Below are positions 17,505-27,464 of a stretch of 61,978 nt of DNA, one piece after another. The DNA comes from a virus (Duplodnaviria > Caudoviricetes). A program made the translations under genes and the position numbers. The notes beneath the pieces are model-generated. The model ran no database searches, had not been told where the DNA came from, and was given only the letters and a program-made list of their open reading frames with translations. The first letter of the stretch is position 1; each line of letters starts with the position of its first letter. The stretch spans positions 1-61,978 of IMG/VR virus record IMGVR_UViG_3300037042_000313; one strand, written 5' to 3'.

Positions 17505-17536
17505 AGACCTCCCGTAACAAAGTTAGGAGATCAGAG

Positions 17537-17965
17537 ATGGACGAGACAGTTCAGGACGACGCACCCGTTGCGCCGAACCTAGACAAGATGGCAGCGGTGT
17601 ACCTCAAGATTCGTGACGCCAAAGATGCGCTCACTACTGAGTACAAAAAAGCCGCCGCAGACTTCGATGCGCAGATGGATGTGCTCGAAGCCGAGATGCT
17701 TGAAGTATGCAAAGCAATGAACGCATCAAGCATCCGTACCTCACACGGCACAGTCATTCGCTCAGTCAAGTCTAAATACTGGACGGGCGATTGGGATTCG
17801 ATGTATCGGTTCATTAAGGAACACGATGCGTTTGGCCTGTTGGAGAAGAGACTTCATCAAACCAACATGAAGGAGTTTCTTACCGAGAATCCCGACACCT
17901 TCCCCATTGGTATGAATGTAGAAAACGCTTTCACCGTAATCGTTAGACGTGCAAAAGGAAACTGA
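17537..17965 (+). CDS. Conserved phage replication-module protein (142 aa)
   Basis: AGGAG SD; coiled coil then SIRT.HGT...DWD.MY.FI. Confidence 0.75.
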   Translation: MDETVQDDAPVAPNLDKMAAVYLKIRDAKDALTTEYKKAAADFDAQMDVLEAEMLEVCKAMNASSIRTSHGTVIRSVKSKYWTGDWDSMYRFIKEHDAFGLLEKRLHQTNMKEFLTENPDTFPIGMNVENAFTVIVRRAKGN

Positions 17966-17966
17966 A

Positions 17967-18878
17967 ATGAACGAAATCACCACTATCTTGAACCAAGACC
18001 TCCCCGACTTCCTGCAAAACGCAGGTGTTAGCGAGCTTACGAAGTCCCTCGCTGGTAAGTCTGGCGTCAAGCGCATCGTCCCCAAGAACGGCATCTTTCG
18101 CAAGATGGTCGGCGGCGAGGAGATGGGCAAGGTCAAGGGCAACCTGAATGTCATCATCGTCAATGCTTCACCGAAGGTGGGCCGCATCTTCTACGCTAAG
18201 CAGTGGACTCCCGATGCCGAGCCGACTTCGCCGGATTGCTTCTCCAACAATGGCAACACGCCTGATGCTGGTGCGACTAACCCTCAGTCGGAGCGTTGCG
18301 ATGCTTGCCCCCAGAACATCAAGGGCTCGGGCATGGCTAACTCCAAGGCTTGCCGCTACTCCCGCCGACTGGCTGTGGTTCTGGAAGAAGACTTCAACAC
18401 CTCGTTGCAGGGTGAGGTTTATCAGATGAACTTGGCATCTAAGTCACTGTTCGGCGATAGCCCGACCGACAAGACGCACGTGTTCGAGAACTACTCGAAG
18501 TACCTGTCTAACAACGGCAAGAGCTTGGACTACGTGGTTACGCAGATCAGCTTCAATGAGGACAACGATAACCAGTCGGTGTTGTTCACGGCTGCACGGT
18601 TCATCAACAAGGGTGAGCACGTAGTCACCAGCAAGTTGTCTGCTGCACCTGAGACGGCCAAGATGATAACGATGACCCCGTACCAAGCGGATGCGTCAGG
18701 CCGACAGGCTCAGGCTAAGCTGGCTGCACCTGCTCCAGTTGCCAAGGCTAAAGCTGAGGTCGAGGATGCGGTTGAAGTTGACGAGCCGAAGAAGCGCGAG
18801 ACGCCTAAGAAAGCTGAACCTTCTGTAGTGAACAAGAACTTGGACTCGGTGGTCAAGGCTTGGTCTGACGAGGAATAA
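17967..18878 (+). CDS. Putative ssDNA-binding protein
   Basis: Position between helicase and primase; PDCFS...C..CP.N..GS....KACR; Ala/Pro linker; acidic end WSDEE. Confidence 0.6.
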   Translation: MNEITTILNQDLPDFLQNAGVSELTKSLAGKSGVKRIVPKNGIFRKMVGGEEMGKVKGNLNVIIVNASPKVGRIFYAKQWTPDAEPTSPDCFSNNGNTPDAGATNPQSERCDACPQNIKGSGMANSKACRYSRRLAVVLEEDFNTSLQGEVYQMNLASKSLFGDSPTDKTHVFENYSKYLSNNGKSLDYVVTQISFNEDNDNQSVLFTAARFINKGEHVVTSKLSAAPETAKMITMTPYQADASGRQAQAKLAAPAPVAKAKAEVEDAVEVDEPKKRETPKKAEPSVVNKNLDSVVKAWSDEE

Positions 18879-18880
18879 AC

Positions 18881-19120
18881 ATGAGCCACGGTTACAGCCA
18901 GAACTTAGCTGAGGCCAACAAACGGCTAGATGCTAAGTCTCTGGGCGTAGCCTTGGGGCGCATGTGTATTGAGCACGGCATACCTGTCAGTAAGGTTGCG
19001 GAGGCGCTGGGAGTAAGCCGCATGGCGGTTTACAACTGGTTTTTGGGGGCTAGTACCCCAAACCGCAACCGTACTGAGCAGATTGAGCGATTCATTACCC
19101 GTCACGAGAAACGCAAATAA
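18881..19120 (+). CDS. Cro/CI-type HTH protein
   Basis: VSKVAEALGVSRMAVYNWFLG..P. Confidence 0.85.
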   Translation: MSHGYSQNLAEANKRLDAKSLGVALGRMCIEHGIPVSKVAEALGVSRMAVYNWFLGASTPNRNRTEQIERFITRHEKRK

Positions 19121-21978
19121 TGTCCACATTCGATCTACTCGACGCCGTACTCCCCCCCGAAGGGCGGTACTGCGCACTGGGAATAGGTCGGTATCCAGAT
19201 CAACACTTAGTAGACACTAAAGAAGAAGTCGATGAGCTAGCCAAGGTGTTTGTTGGGCGTCAAGTAGATGCGTATTTTGGATGCGCTAAGTTTGGACCGC
19301 TGAACAATAGAACCCATGAGAACGCTACGTACTTCCGCTCCCTATGGGTGGACATTGATTGCGGCCCGACAAAGGCTGTGCCCGATGAGAACGGCGTCAT
19401 CAAAGGCTACATAGATCAAAAGACCGGTCTTGCCGCATTTCAGCAGTTCTGCAAAGCTGTAGGTCTTCCCCGTCCCATCCTCATCAACTCCGGCAACGGG
19501 ATTCACGCTTACTGGCTACTTGAAGCCACCCTAGAACAATGGCAATGGAAGCCTCTCGCCGAGCGGCTCCGAGAACTGTGCAATGAGCACGGGCTGATTG
19601 TTGACGCCTCAGTGTTTGAGGCTTCGCGTGTATTGCGTATTCCGGGTACGTTCAACTACAAGAACAAGGAAGAACCGAAGGAAGTCACTGTCCTTAACGA
19701 AGTCTCTATACGCATGAGTTATGCGCAGATTCAAGGCATCCTTGGATCGTCAGAGCCTAAGCCAAAAGAAGAGCGACCGGATTTCATTCCGGCGATGAGC
19801 CCGATGATGGAAGCCCTGATGGGCAACAAGATCAAACGGTTCAAGACAATCATGATGAAGTCGGCTCAAGGCGAAGGGTGCCAGCAGTTGCTGCATTGCT
19901 TCAACAACCAAGAGTCGATAGATGAACCACTGTGGCGCTCAGCCCTGTCGATTACCGCTTTCTGCGTAGACAAGGACACCGCATCCCACAAGATGTCGAG
20001 CAAGCATCCGGGGTATGAGCCCGCGCAGGTGGATGAAAAGATAGCAAATTTGGTATTAAAAGGTGGCCCACACCACTGCACTACGTTCGAGAAGATGCGC
20101 CCTAACGGTTGCGACGGATGTCAGCACAAGGGCGTACTGAAGTCCCCAATCATGCTCGGCGTAGAGATAGATGTTGCCGAGGGAGACGACAACGAGGTTG
20201 AGGTTGAGACTCCTACGGGAGTTGTGAAGCACCGGATTCCTGAGTATCCATTCCCCTTCTTCCGTGGTAAGAATGGTGGCATCTATAGGAAGCCGGGGGA
20301 AGATGAGGACGACCCTATTCTGGTTTACGAGCATGACCTGTATGTGGTCAAGCGTATGCGAGATGCGGAGCTTGGTGAGATTGCGCTGTTCAGGCTGCAC
20401 CTACCGCACGATGGGGTTAAGGAGTTTGCGATATCGACGGCTGCTATCTCATCCAAGGATGAACTACGAAAGGCGCTAGCTCAGCAGGGGGTAGTAGCGC
20501 ACCACAAGCAGTACGAGAACCTCGCTATCTTTGTCGTCACCTTCATAAAAACTCTACAGTATTCAAAGAAAGCCGACACTATGCGAACACAATTTGGTTG
20601 GACCGAAGGTGACAGTAAGTTCATCATGGGCGACCGAGAGATTACCAAGGACGGTACGTTCTACAGCCCACCGTCAACGTCTACTAAATCCATCGCCGAC
20701 AAGATTCACGCTAAGGGCTCCTTCGATAAGTGGAAGGAAGTGTTCAACCTGTACGGCATGAAGGGCATGGAGGGTCAGGCGTTTGGTGCATTGACTGCCT
20801 TTGGCTCCCCGCTGCTGAAGTTCACGGGTCTAGATGGAGCGATCATCAACTTGATCTACGAGTTCGCTGGCTCGGGAAAGTCCACCGTCTTGCGTATGTG
20901 CAACAGCGTGTACGGCAACCCCAAAGAACTGATGGCTACGTCCGACGACACCTTCAACTCGAAGATTCAGCAGCTTGGGGTGATGAACAACATGCCCAAC
21001 ACGATGGACGAGATTACGAACATGACGGGCATGGACTTCTCGAACATGGCTTACGCAATCTCTCAGGGGCGTGGCAAGAACCGCATGAAGGGCTCGGCTA
21101 ACGAACTTCGCATCAACAACACCAAGTGGCAGAACCTGACCCTATGCTCGGCAAACGCTAGCTTCTACGAGAAGCTGGGCATGGCAAAGAACTCACCCGA
21201 TGGCGAGTCCGTGCGGTTGCTGGAGTACAAGATCGAACCTAGCTCCCTGATTAGTGTGGCAGTCGGCAAAGAGATGTTCGACCACCAACTCGCCGAGAAC
21301 TACGGCCATGCGGGTGAGATTTACATCAAGTGGCTGGTCGATAACCTTGAGGAAGCTAGGGCGCTGGTCAAGAAGGTTCAGGCCAAGATCGACGCTGAAG
21401 TTCAGTTCACTTCCCGTGAGCGGTTCTGGTCGGCAAGCGCGGCTTGCAACATTGCTGGTGGCCTCATCGCCAAGGGCTTGAACTTGCACGACTTCGACAT
21501 GAAGGAGATTTACGAATGGCTCAAGAAGATGCTGGCCGAGATGCGGATTGAAGTTAAGCCCCCACAGTACACACCAGTTACCACCCTTGGCGAGTTCATC
21601 AACGCGCACATGAACAACGCATTGGTTGTGAACGGGGGATCAGACTCTAGAAGTACGCTAGTCCCACTACCGTTTAGTGAACCACGTGGGGAGCTACTGA
21701 TACGCTATGAGCCGGATACAAAGGAACTCTTCATCGCGGCCAAGCAGTTCAAGGACTTCTGTGTGGAGCAGCAGACCAACTACCGCACGGTGCTACATCA
21801 GTTGCACGGGCTGAAGATTTTTGTCGAGGCCACCAACAAGCGCATGTCCAAGGGTATGAAGGTCGTGTCTCCAGCCGTACGGGTGCTTAAGTTCGATGCA
21901 TCGAACACCGAGTTCCTGCACATAGATGCGATCCTGCCGACTAGCAATGAAGATCGAAACAGTTTCGTATCAGATTGA
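19120..21978 (+). CDS. Primase-helicase (AEP/RepB-like primase + DUF927 P-loop)
   Basis: WVDID, NSGNGIHAYW, RVLRIPGT; Cys cluster; Walker A AGSGKST, MDE. Confidence 0.9.
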   Translation: MSTFDLLDAVLPPEGRYCALGIGRYPDQHLVDTKEEVDELAKVFVGRQVDAYFGCAKFGPLNNRTHENATYFRSLWVDIDCGPTKAVPDENGVIKGYIDQKTGLAAFQQFCKAVGLPRPILINSGNGIHAYWLLEATLEQWQWKPLAERLRELCNEHGLIVDASVFEASRVLRIPGTFNYKNKEEPKEVTVLNEVSIRMSYAQIQGILGSSEPKPKEERPDFIPAMSPMMEALMGNKIKRFKTIMMKSAQGEGCQQLLHCFNNQESIDEPLWRSALSITAFCVDKDTASHKMSSKHPGYEPAQVDEKIANLVLKGGPHHCTTFEKMRPNGCDGCQHKGVLKSPIMLGVEIDVAEGDDNEVEVETPTGVVKHRIPEYPFPFFRGKNGGIYRKPGEDEDDPILVYEHDLYVVKRMRDAELGEIALFRLHLPHDGVKEFAISTAAISSKDELRKALAQQGVVAHHKQYENLAIFVVTFIKTLQYSKKADTMRTQFGWTEGDSKFIMGDREITKDGTFYSPPSTSTKSIADKIHAKGSFDKWKEVFNLYGMKGMEGQAFGALTAFGSPLLKFTGLDGAIINLIYEFAGSGKSTVLRMCNSVYGNPKELMATSDDTFNSKIQQLGVMNNMPNTMDEITNMTGMDFSNMAYAISQGRGKNRMKGSANELRINNTKWQNLTLCSANASFYEKLGMAKNSPDGESVRLLEYKIEPSSLISVAVGKEMFDHQLAENYGHAGEIYIKWLVDNLEEARALVKKVQAKIDAEVQFTSRERFWSASAACNIAGGLIAKGLNLHDFDMKEIYEWLKKMLAEMRIEVKPPQYTPVTTLGEFINAHMNNALVVNGGSDSRSTLVPLPFSEPRGELLIRYEPDTKELFIAAKQFKDFCVEQQTNYRTVLHQLHGLKIFVEATNKRMSKGMKVVSPAVRVLKFDASNTEFLHIDAILPTSNEDRNSFVSD

Positions 21979-22141
21979 TTGGTCGAAGTTCCGCAAAGGG
22001 TACTCGTTCTTTGTACCCTGCATCGACCATAAGGCTGCACAAGAAGCCCTGCTTCAAGTCATGCGTAGGCTCAAGATGAAGGTAGTCACCAAAGTTGTGG
22101 TTGACGACGGCATCAAGGGCTTGCGTGTGTGGCGGGTCTAG
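21947..22141 (+). CDS. Small conserved phage protein (~64 aa)
   Basis: IDW..F..G.SFFVPC...GLRVWRV; last gene of the + arm. Confidence 0.7.
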   Translation: MKIETVSYQIDWSKFRKGYSFFVPCIDHKAAQEALLQVMRRLKMKVVTKVVVDDGIKGLRVWRV

Positions 22142-22173
22142 CCTATAGTGGAGCCTTCACGTTGCTCCTTTTT

Positions 22174-22200
22174 GCCCCGCCCTAGAGCGGGGCTTTTTTT
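22174..22200 (+). terminator. Rho-independent terminator at arm convergence
   Basis: GCCCCGC-CCTAGA-GCGGGGC followed by 7 T. Confidence 0.85.
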
Positions 22201-22203
22201 CGC

Positions 22204-25200
22204 CTACTTGTTTTTAGCTTCCCTAGCCGCTTCTTCCCGGTCTACGCGATCCTCTAGGTTATCGAGCACATCGCCAACGATGTCTATATTCTTCTTGACC
22301 ATCTCTCGGTTGATACCCAGTCGAGATTGAGCGCGGGTCTTAAGGTCGTTTGTAACCATTTCTCGAATACTACTTATCGTCATTCGGTGGCTAGGATACT
22401 TACCATTAAACTTAATTACTTCAGAGTCGATTATGTCGATCATCTTGTCTAGGCTCTCGTCCGTACCTTTACGTGCCTGTATCTTGATACGGTTTTCTAG
22501 CAAAGTCTTTTGGTTAACGATCTTCTGCACATCGCCTTTTAGCTTGGCCCCAACATCACTAACCCTAGCTGCAGTAGCCGTTCGGAATCCAACCGCTTGT
22601 GCGGCGAGCATACCGGTGCTTACATTCTCTGGGGCAACAATAGGATTACCCGCCGCATCCAAGATACCTTCGTCTGCAATCCTAGATGCCACTAAGATAT
22701 TTCTAGCCGCCGCAGGAGCTAGGCGTTCTTGCATCTTCTGGAAATCGCCGACCTGATATGCGTCATACGCATCAGCGAAAGACAAGAGCAAACCAGCAGA
22801 CGGACCAGCAAGCTCCATCACGGTTTGCGTTACCCCCTCCCGAGCGGTTTTCATCTCCTTCATATCCCGACCAAACAAGTCGCTAAGGCCGATACGCTCC
22901 GCGAGGGCAAGCCCAGTGAATGCGTTAAGCGGGCCAGCATCTAGGATTTGGGACAGAGGGACACCCCCTATGGACACGTCGCCCAGATGCTCGGGGAGAA
23001 ATACTTCTCGGAACCACGTCTTAGCATCTAGGTCTTTGAGTTCATCAGGCCAGTCATCGTCCTCCTGCATTGCTTTGAACGCATAGGCTATAGCCCCCAA
23101 GCTGGTGCTGAAGAATGGGATACCGGACAGACCCGCTATGCTGCCCGCCGTCAGGTAGATACCGAAGAACTTAATCGCTGCCGCCTTCTTACCTTCCTTG
23201 TTCAGGAAGGGCATCATCTTGGCGAAGTTAGTCAGCAATAGCAATGTGGTGTGCAGCGGGAACATCTTGAACTGGAACACCATCTTGCCAATACCGCGCT
23301 GGGTCCAACGTGGTCGGTTCGATATGTCGTAGTTACCCAGAGCCTCGTTAACATCTTTCACCGCTTGGTTAATCGCCGCATCGTGGTCTAGCCCACGCTT
23401 AACTCCAAGCCTATACGAAGCGAGATACACACCTTCACGGGTCATGCGCTCGATGTTGTGCATCAAGCTGGAAGTTAGCAGTCTGGCACCCTCTGCACCG
23501 ATGTACCCTGCCTTACCGAGGACAGTAGACGCAGTACGAGTTACAACGTCCCGCTCGCCGTATACAAGGTTGGCATAGGTGGACTGAGATACACCTCGCT
23601 CCGTCATCTGCTCGACAGCATCTCTTTCGTTGTTCGTTAAGTCTTTGTTGTTAGCGATACTTGGAGAGACGTAGGACTGTGTGCCATCTTTGTTTGTACG
23701 GATCACCCCAAACTGCCCAATCAACTTAGACACTTTGGCGAGTTCTTTAGCTGCACCGATAGCATTGTTATGGTTAGCTGCAAGTACTGGGAGCCCAGAG
23801 ATATACACGCTGAACGGCTGGATAAGTGCAGAGGACGCGCCCGACAAGAACCAGAAGTACGAAGCCTTGTTTGCTACCCCAGCGATGGCATCCCCCAGCC
23901 CGCCGCTTTCCCCAGACAGAGCCATGTTCACCCGCTTCTCCGCTTCGATAACGAACGGAGACATATTAGGCCGACCCTCTACCGCCTCGCGTGCGGCAGA
24001 AAGAGAGTTGCGCAGGAGTGGGGAGTACTTAAGCCGAGCCAACTGCATCGAGGTTCTAGATGCCGTGGTAGCTACGTTTCGGAGCAAGTCAGTGCTGAAG
24101 CCGGTTACGTCCTTACGGTGGATGAACTGATTGCGGAATGATTGCTCTGGCATCGTGTTCAGGTACACCTGATAGATGGCGTCCTTCAATGCTTCCTTAG
24201 CTGCACCATCAGATTGTTCCGCGCCAAAATTTTCTTTGTCGATCTCATCGAAGATTTTGGTCAGCATTTCGCTGGTTTTGTACGTCTTTATGCGTAGCTG
24301 AGAGATACCCTCACCGGATGTCATCTCAGCATTAGGGTTGTCGTTAAGCAGATTGACTCGTGCTTCTTCTCGATCCGCGATATTCTCGAACATATAGAAC
24401 TGTTCAAGCAGTTCCTTACCGCGCATCTCTGTTACACGTAGGAAGAAGTCTCCTCGGCGAACCAATGGGAAGAATGGGCGAATACGCGCATCGGCCTCGA
24501 ACGTCTTACGGAGCACGTTAATGAGGTTTTCCTTCGCTTCAGATGACATTCCCGGCAGTTGATTTATCTGCTCGTCCAACAAGTCCGAGTAGAGTTGAAT
24601 CATCTTCTCGTAATACGCCTTGAGATTCTTGTACATCTCTTGCCCCTTGGGGCCGACGGACTTGTACGCCGCATCTAGCTTACGAGCTTCCGCGATATCC
24701 TGTGCAGTTCGCCCTTCCAGCGGGGTAGAAGTAGGATCAGCCGGGTCATACCGTGTAAGGGTAGAGCCATACACTAGATTCTCAAACTTTTCACGGTACG
24801 CTTTAGGGTTGCTAAAGAGCGGGTTTAGCTTTTTCTGCAGTTCTTGCAGAACTACATGGGCTTCAGCAAGCAGAGATTGGGAGAACCCATGCATTTTCTG
24901 CAGTTGGATAGCTGCGTCGTCAAGCGCCTTGATGCCAGACCAGTCGGCGAGGAACGTGAATGTAGGTTGAGACACTAGCTGGCTGATAGCCCCATAGGAC
25001 ATATTCTGCCAATTACGGGTTACTAGCCGCCGCAAGATGCTCATGGCCGCTTTTGGGTCACGCCCTTGCAGTGCATCTGCTATTGCTGGGCCTTCTTCCG
25101 CCAATCTGCTCTTACGCAACTTCTCTGTAGCGCCGACACCCTCTGCTTCCAGAGTTTCAGCCGCTTGCTCAGGGTCAGGCAACTCAGCACTACGCGACAA

Positions 25201-27456
25201 GTAAGGCTCAACTCGCCCACCCGGAAGTGGGGTAGCAGAGGCACGGGGTTCTTCTTCCCGCGCAAAGACTTCTTGGGGAGCTACTTGTTCGGCTGCTGGG
25301 GGAACAGCGGGTGCTGCTTGTCCTTGCGCTTCTGCTTGCTGGGCTTCAGGGGTTTCAGTGCCACTTGGGGTTTCCTTGAGTACTTTTGCTGCGGGTGTGA
25401 CTTCAGTGATAGTTGTACCAAAGTGCATACCCCTACCGGTATCGCCGACAGGACTTTCACTTTGGTAAATCTCGATTGGCTGCATCCCTACACGGGGCTG
25501 CTTGCTATACGGCACAGTGGCTACTACCGTACCAGCCTTCTTGGGGCCGTAGTCTTCCGTCAAAACTACATTGGCTTTGTTGGTTGGCTGTCCCTGCGCG
25601 TCCATAACAGGAAGCAGTTGAGTAGCCGCATCAGGGTTCTGTATCCACCCACCGATTTGGGTGGCGTTAGCTGGCGTAACAAAGATAGTCTTGCCCGACT
25701 TAGGCTGTACACCAGTAGATGTATCAGTATGCTGCTCACCACTACGGTTTCTTGTGGTGGTTCCATCGTTATGGAAAGCATAGGTAGACCCACGCGACGT
25801 ACGGAATACCGTTTTGGTATCAGGTAGCGCAGCTACGCTAGCTAGGTTAGGAGCTACTGCAGTGGGCTGTGTTCCTTCTCCTGCTGCAATCCCTCCAGCA
25901 TCTTCTGCACTAGGAACCACTCCATCTGGCTCAACTCCTGCAACTCCCTCGGCGGGGGCAACTGCTCCGGGCTCGCTAACCACAGGAACGCTTGCTCCAG
26001 TTGGCTCACCGACAACTCCACTAGGGACCGGAGTTCCTGCTTCCGCCGTAGGCGTCGGAATGTTCGCATTTGGTTCAGCCTCTAAAGTAGGTTCAATTCG
26101 TTCGCCGGGAGTTTCAGCCGGAACAGCAGCCGTTCGTGGGAGGTATGGGGGGATTCTTTCCTCGCCCGCTGCCACAGGTGCTTCAGCAGGTAAATTACCA
26201 AGAGCAGCTTGACGTTCAAGCTCTTTCGCCCCACGGAGGTTTGATACGGCCTCGACTGGAGCACTGATCCCCTCAGCCAAGGCTTCCAGAACAATATCAG
26301 CGGGCTTGAATTCTTGCTTTGCAGCTACCTGCGCAATAGCTTCACCACCTGCGCCACCACCCGTCTGCATACCGAGTTCTTTGGCCCATGCAGCAATGGT
26401 TGCTTTCTTAGCGGCAGCACCAGTCAACTTACCTTCTGCGATCAGCGCACGTGCTGGCTTTAGGAACTTACCCGCAAGCCCCAGTGTCAGTCCGTCGATA
26501 ACGGCAATCGGAATTCCACGCTTCAGCCCCTGATCTTTAATCTGGGCCATGATCTTAGGATCACTCAAGGCATTGGCAACAGCCTCGGCGTTGAGCAAAT
26601 CGACCCCCTTAGACTGCAGTACATCGGTCATAGCCGAGCCGTACTCCAAACCGAAAGAGCTTGATCCACCAGCAATACCTGATACGGCAGCACCCGCTGG
26701 GCCAAGCACCATTGCTGGGGCCATTGCTGGCAACGACAGCATCAGTGAATCCGTAAGCATACTTAGCGTAGCTCCGGGGTTATCCACCATCGCAGAAATA
26801 GCATCACCGAAAGTCTCGGCGCTACCAATCGCCATCATCCCGTCTTGGGTTTCTTGCGTAGGTGCAGCGTTGTACCGACGTTTAGCGGTCTGAGAAATTA
26901 ACCGCCCCGCATCAGATGGGTTAACGGCTCCTGCTTGGGTAAGGTAGGCAGTAGCGATGTCTTCGTAGTTAGACTTAGCCCGCTTGAACACGTTGGCAAA
27001 CTGCGTCCCCAAGCCTTTTTCTGGCATGGCAGAGATTTTGTCAGAGGGTTCAGCGCCAGCGCCAGTTGGTGCAGTGGGAGCGACAGTAGGCTGGGCTTTG
27101 AAGTAGTCGCTGCCACGTTTCTTACCGTGCGCAATAACCTCATCCCACTTGAGTCCCATCTTCTCGAACGCAGGGCGCAGTTCTTCCTTGTCTACACCTT
27201 CCTCAAGCAGATTGACCGCATCGTCCAATGCCTCAACACGGGATGCGTACGGCTTAGGTTCTGCCTTGGCTACGGGTGCAGGAGGGGCAATCGGTGCAGC
27301 GGTTGGTGTAGGAGCAGCGAACAGGCTAGGAGCACCAGCAGCAGCGGGGGCAACAGGCGCGGCCTGACCCAGATGGGTCAGTATTTTATTCTTTGCCTCT
27401 GCCTGATCCTCAGTCTCAATGTCGTATTGCTGGCCTTGGTACTCGTAGATCGGCAT
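22204..27456 (-). CDS. Large internal virion/ejection (polyvalent-type) protein, 1750 aa
   Basis: Last gene of the late arm; Ala/Gly hydrophobic region, Pro/Ala linkers, long helical C-terminal part. Confidence 0.7.
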   Translation of the reverse strand: MPIYEYQGQQYDIETEDQAEAKNKILTHLGQAAPVAPAAAGAPSLFAAPTPTAAPIAPPAPVAKAEPKPYASRVEALDDAVNLLEEGVDKEELRPAFEKMGLKWDEVIAHGKKRGSDYFKAQPTVAPTAPTGAGAEPSDKISAMPEKGLGTQFANVFKRAKSNYEDIATAYLTQAGAVNPSDAGRLISQTAKRRYNAAPTQETQDGMMAIGSAETFGDAISAMVDNPGATLSMLTDSLMLSLPAMAPAMVLGPAGAAVSGIAGGSSSFGLEYGSAMTDVLQSKGVDLLNAEAVANALSDPKIMAQIKDQGLKRGIPIAVIDGLTLGLAGKFLKPARALIAEGKLTGAAAKKATIAAWAKELGMQTGGGAGGEAIAQVAAKQEFKPADIVLEALAEGISAPVEAVSNLRGAKELERQAALGNLPAEAPVAAGEERIPPYLPRTAAVPAETPGERIEPTLEAEPNANIPTPTAEAGTPVPSGVVGEPTGASVPVVSEPGAVAPAEGVAGVEPDGVVPSAEDAGGIAAGEGTQPTAVAPNLASVAALPDTKTVFRTSRGSTYAFHNDGTTTRNRSGEQHTDTSTGVQPKSGKTIFVTPANATQIGGWIQNPDAATQLLPVMDAQGQPTNKANVVLTEDYGPKKAGTVVATVPYSKQPRVGMQPIEIYQSESPVGDTGRGMHFGTTITEVTPAAKVLKETPSGTETPEAQQAEAQGQAAPAVPPAAEQVAPQEVFAREEEPRASATPLPGGRVEPYLSRSAELPDPEQAAETLEAEGVGATEKLRKSRLAEEGPAIADALQGRDPKAAMSILRRLVTRNWQNMSYGAISQLVSQPTFTFLADWSGIKALDDAAIQLQKMHGFSQSLLAEAHVVLQELQKKLNPLFSNPKAYREKFENLVYGSTLTRYDPADPTSTPLEGRTAQDIAEARKLDAAYKSVGPKGQEMYKNLKAYYEKMIQLYSDLLDEQINQLPGMSSEAKENLINVLRKTFEADARIRPFFPLVRRGDFFLRVTEMRGKELLEQFYMFENIADREEARVNLLNDNPNAEMTSGEGISQLRIKTYKTSEMLTKIFDEIDKENFGAEQSDGAAKEALKDAIYQVYLNTMPEQSFRNQFIHRKDVTGFSTDLLRNVATTASRTSMQLARLKYSPLLRNSLSAAREAVEGRPNMSPFVIEAEKRVNMALSGESGGLGDAIAGVANKASYFWFLSGASSALIQPFSVYISGLPVLAANHNNAIGAAKELAKVSKLIGQFGVIRTNKDGTQSYVSPSIANNKDLTNNERDAVEQMTERGVSQSTYANLVYGERDVVTRTASTVLGKAGYIGAEGARLLTSSLMHNIERMTREGVYLASYRLGVKRGLDHDAAINQAVKDVNEALGNYDISNRPRWTQRGIGKMVFQFKMFPLHTTLLLLTNFAKMMPFLNKEGKKAAAIKFFGIYLTAGSIAGLSGIPFFSTSLGAIAYAFKAMQEDDDWPDELKDLDAKTWFREVFLPEHLGDVSIGGVPLSQILDAGPLNAFTGLALAERIGLSDLFGRDMKEMKTAREGVTQTVMELAGPSAGLLLSFADAYDAYQVGDFQKMQERLAPAAARNILVASRIADEGILDAAGNPIVAPENVSTGMLAAQAVGFRTATAARVSDVGAKLKGDVQKIVNQKTLLENRIKIQARKGTDESLDKMIDIIDSEVIKFNGKYPSHRMTISSIREMVTNDLKTRAQSRLGINREMVKKNIDIVGDVLDNLEDRVDREEAAREAKNK

Positions 27457-27464
27457 GATTTTCC

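Larger units (their letters stand above)
1737..17526. repeat. Dispersed 13-bp palindrome family, consensus CTAAC(AAW/WTT)GTTAG
   Basis: 13-mers with core TAAC-N3-GTTA start at 1737, 1788, 2284, 2415, 2585, 2826, 3245, 3911, 4712, 4968, 5430, 6027, 7054, 7599, 8398, 9106, 10402, 11436, 12069, 12817 (GGT centre), 14250, 17514; near-matches at 376, 1608, 7537. Confidence 0.92.

Noticed and set aside
1737-17526. Palindrome as a known LexA/SOS box or Ter site
   Set aside because: Does not match CTGT-N8-ACAG, GAAC-N4-GTTC or the Tus-Ter consensus; many sites are deep inside genes
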